Below, in pieces: positions 23,788 through 24,000 of a stretch of 24,000 nucleotides of DNA (the first letter of the stretch is position 1; the number at the start of each line of letters is the position of its first letter). Location: the NCBI GenBank assembly GCA_963720775.1, contig CAVRGR010000003.1:22391-46390 (forward strand). The letters run 5' to 3'. The position numbers were made by a program, and so were the translations under genes. The notes beneath the pieces are model-generated. The model saw nothing but the letters and a program-made list of their open reading frames with translations, was not told the DNA's origin and did not search any database. This stretch comes from Ilumatobacteraceae bacterium (GTDB lineage Bacteria; Actinomycetota; Acidimicrobiia; Acidimicrobiales; Ilumatobacteraceae).

Positions 23788-24000
23788 CGATGCCCCCGCC
23801 GCGAGCGAGAGCCGCCGGCGGCTCCGGCGAGCTGGCCGGCGATCCGTTCGTGATCGCAGTCGATGAGGCCCACCGTCACGCGCAGGTGCGGCGTGTCGTC
23901 GCGAACCTGGAATGGCTCGCCCGGCGCTGCGCCGGTGCCCTGAGCTGCCAACGTGACGAGGGCGGACCGTTCGTCGGCAACGGTCATCCACAGATTGATC
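23784..24000 (-). CDS. 3' end of an unidentified gene (start outside window)
   Basis: The frame is open to the window edge (...INLWMTVADERSALVTLAAQGTGAAPGEPFQVRDDTPHLRVTVGLIDCDHERIAGQLAGAA...). The stop TGA (23786..23784) overlaps the next gene's ATG. The tail faintly resembles C-termini of PLP-dependent transferases, but there is too little sequence to call it. Confidence 0.4.
   Translation of the reverse strand, partial: INLWMTVADERSALVTLAAQGTGAAPGEPFQVRDDTPHLRVTVGLIDCDHERIAGQLAGAAGGSRSRRGHR

Overview
This is a high-GC (about 65-70% by eye), gene-dense chromosomal segment with about 28 genes and more than 90% coding sequence. Several traits point to Actinobacteria as an inference: lipobox lipoproteins, an F420-type PPOX-fold protein, TANNNT boxes abutting start codons, and a Lys/Ala-rich histone-like tail. 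I found no rRNA, tRNA, CRISPR array, transposase or integrase. Most long ORFs in the six-frame track are antisense or alternate-frame shadows of real genes. The content falls into three groups.

- **Envelope genes (244-4638):** a lipoprotein, an M23 peptidase, an unknown membrane protein, mscL and an SGNH hydrolase.
- **Housekeeping or loosely related genes:** a YkgJ Cys-cluster protein, an aldo/keto reductase, a DUF2752 protein, an ABC-F ATPase, a class I fumarase, a VOC protein, HrpB, a PPOX protein and a DUF2007-like protein.
- **Three accessory-looking modules:**
  - (i) An overlapping YjjI/YjjW-type glycyl-radical enzyme and activase pair. The family has no known substrate. It sits behind the only long non-coding stretch in the window, a 333-bp repeat-rich, structured region.
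  - (ii) A four-gene start/stop-overlapping cassette: extended SDR, DegT-type aminotransferase, GT2, then a GT-C-like membrane protein. Its logic matches Arn-like polyprenyl-phosphate amino-sugar envelope modification, and it looks damaged.
  - (iii) A papain-like C1 cysteine peptidase with no signal peptide or prodomain, carrying an N-terminal (AKKA)n tail, downstream of hrpB.

The aminotransferase and hrpB each carry an apparent 1-nt frameshift. All family calls rest on motif recognition from memory; no searches were run.
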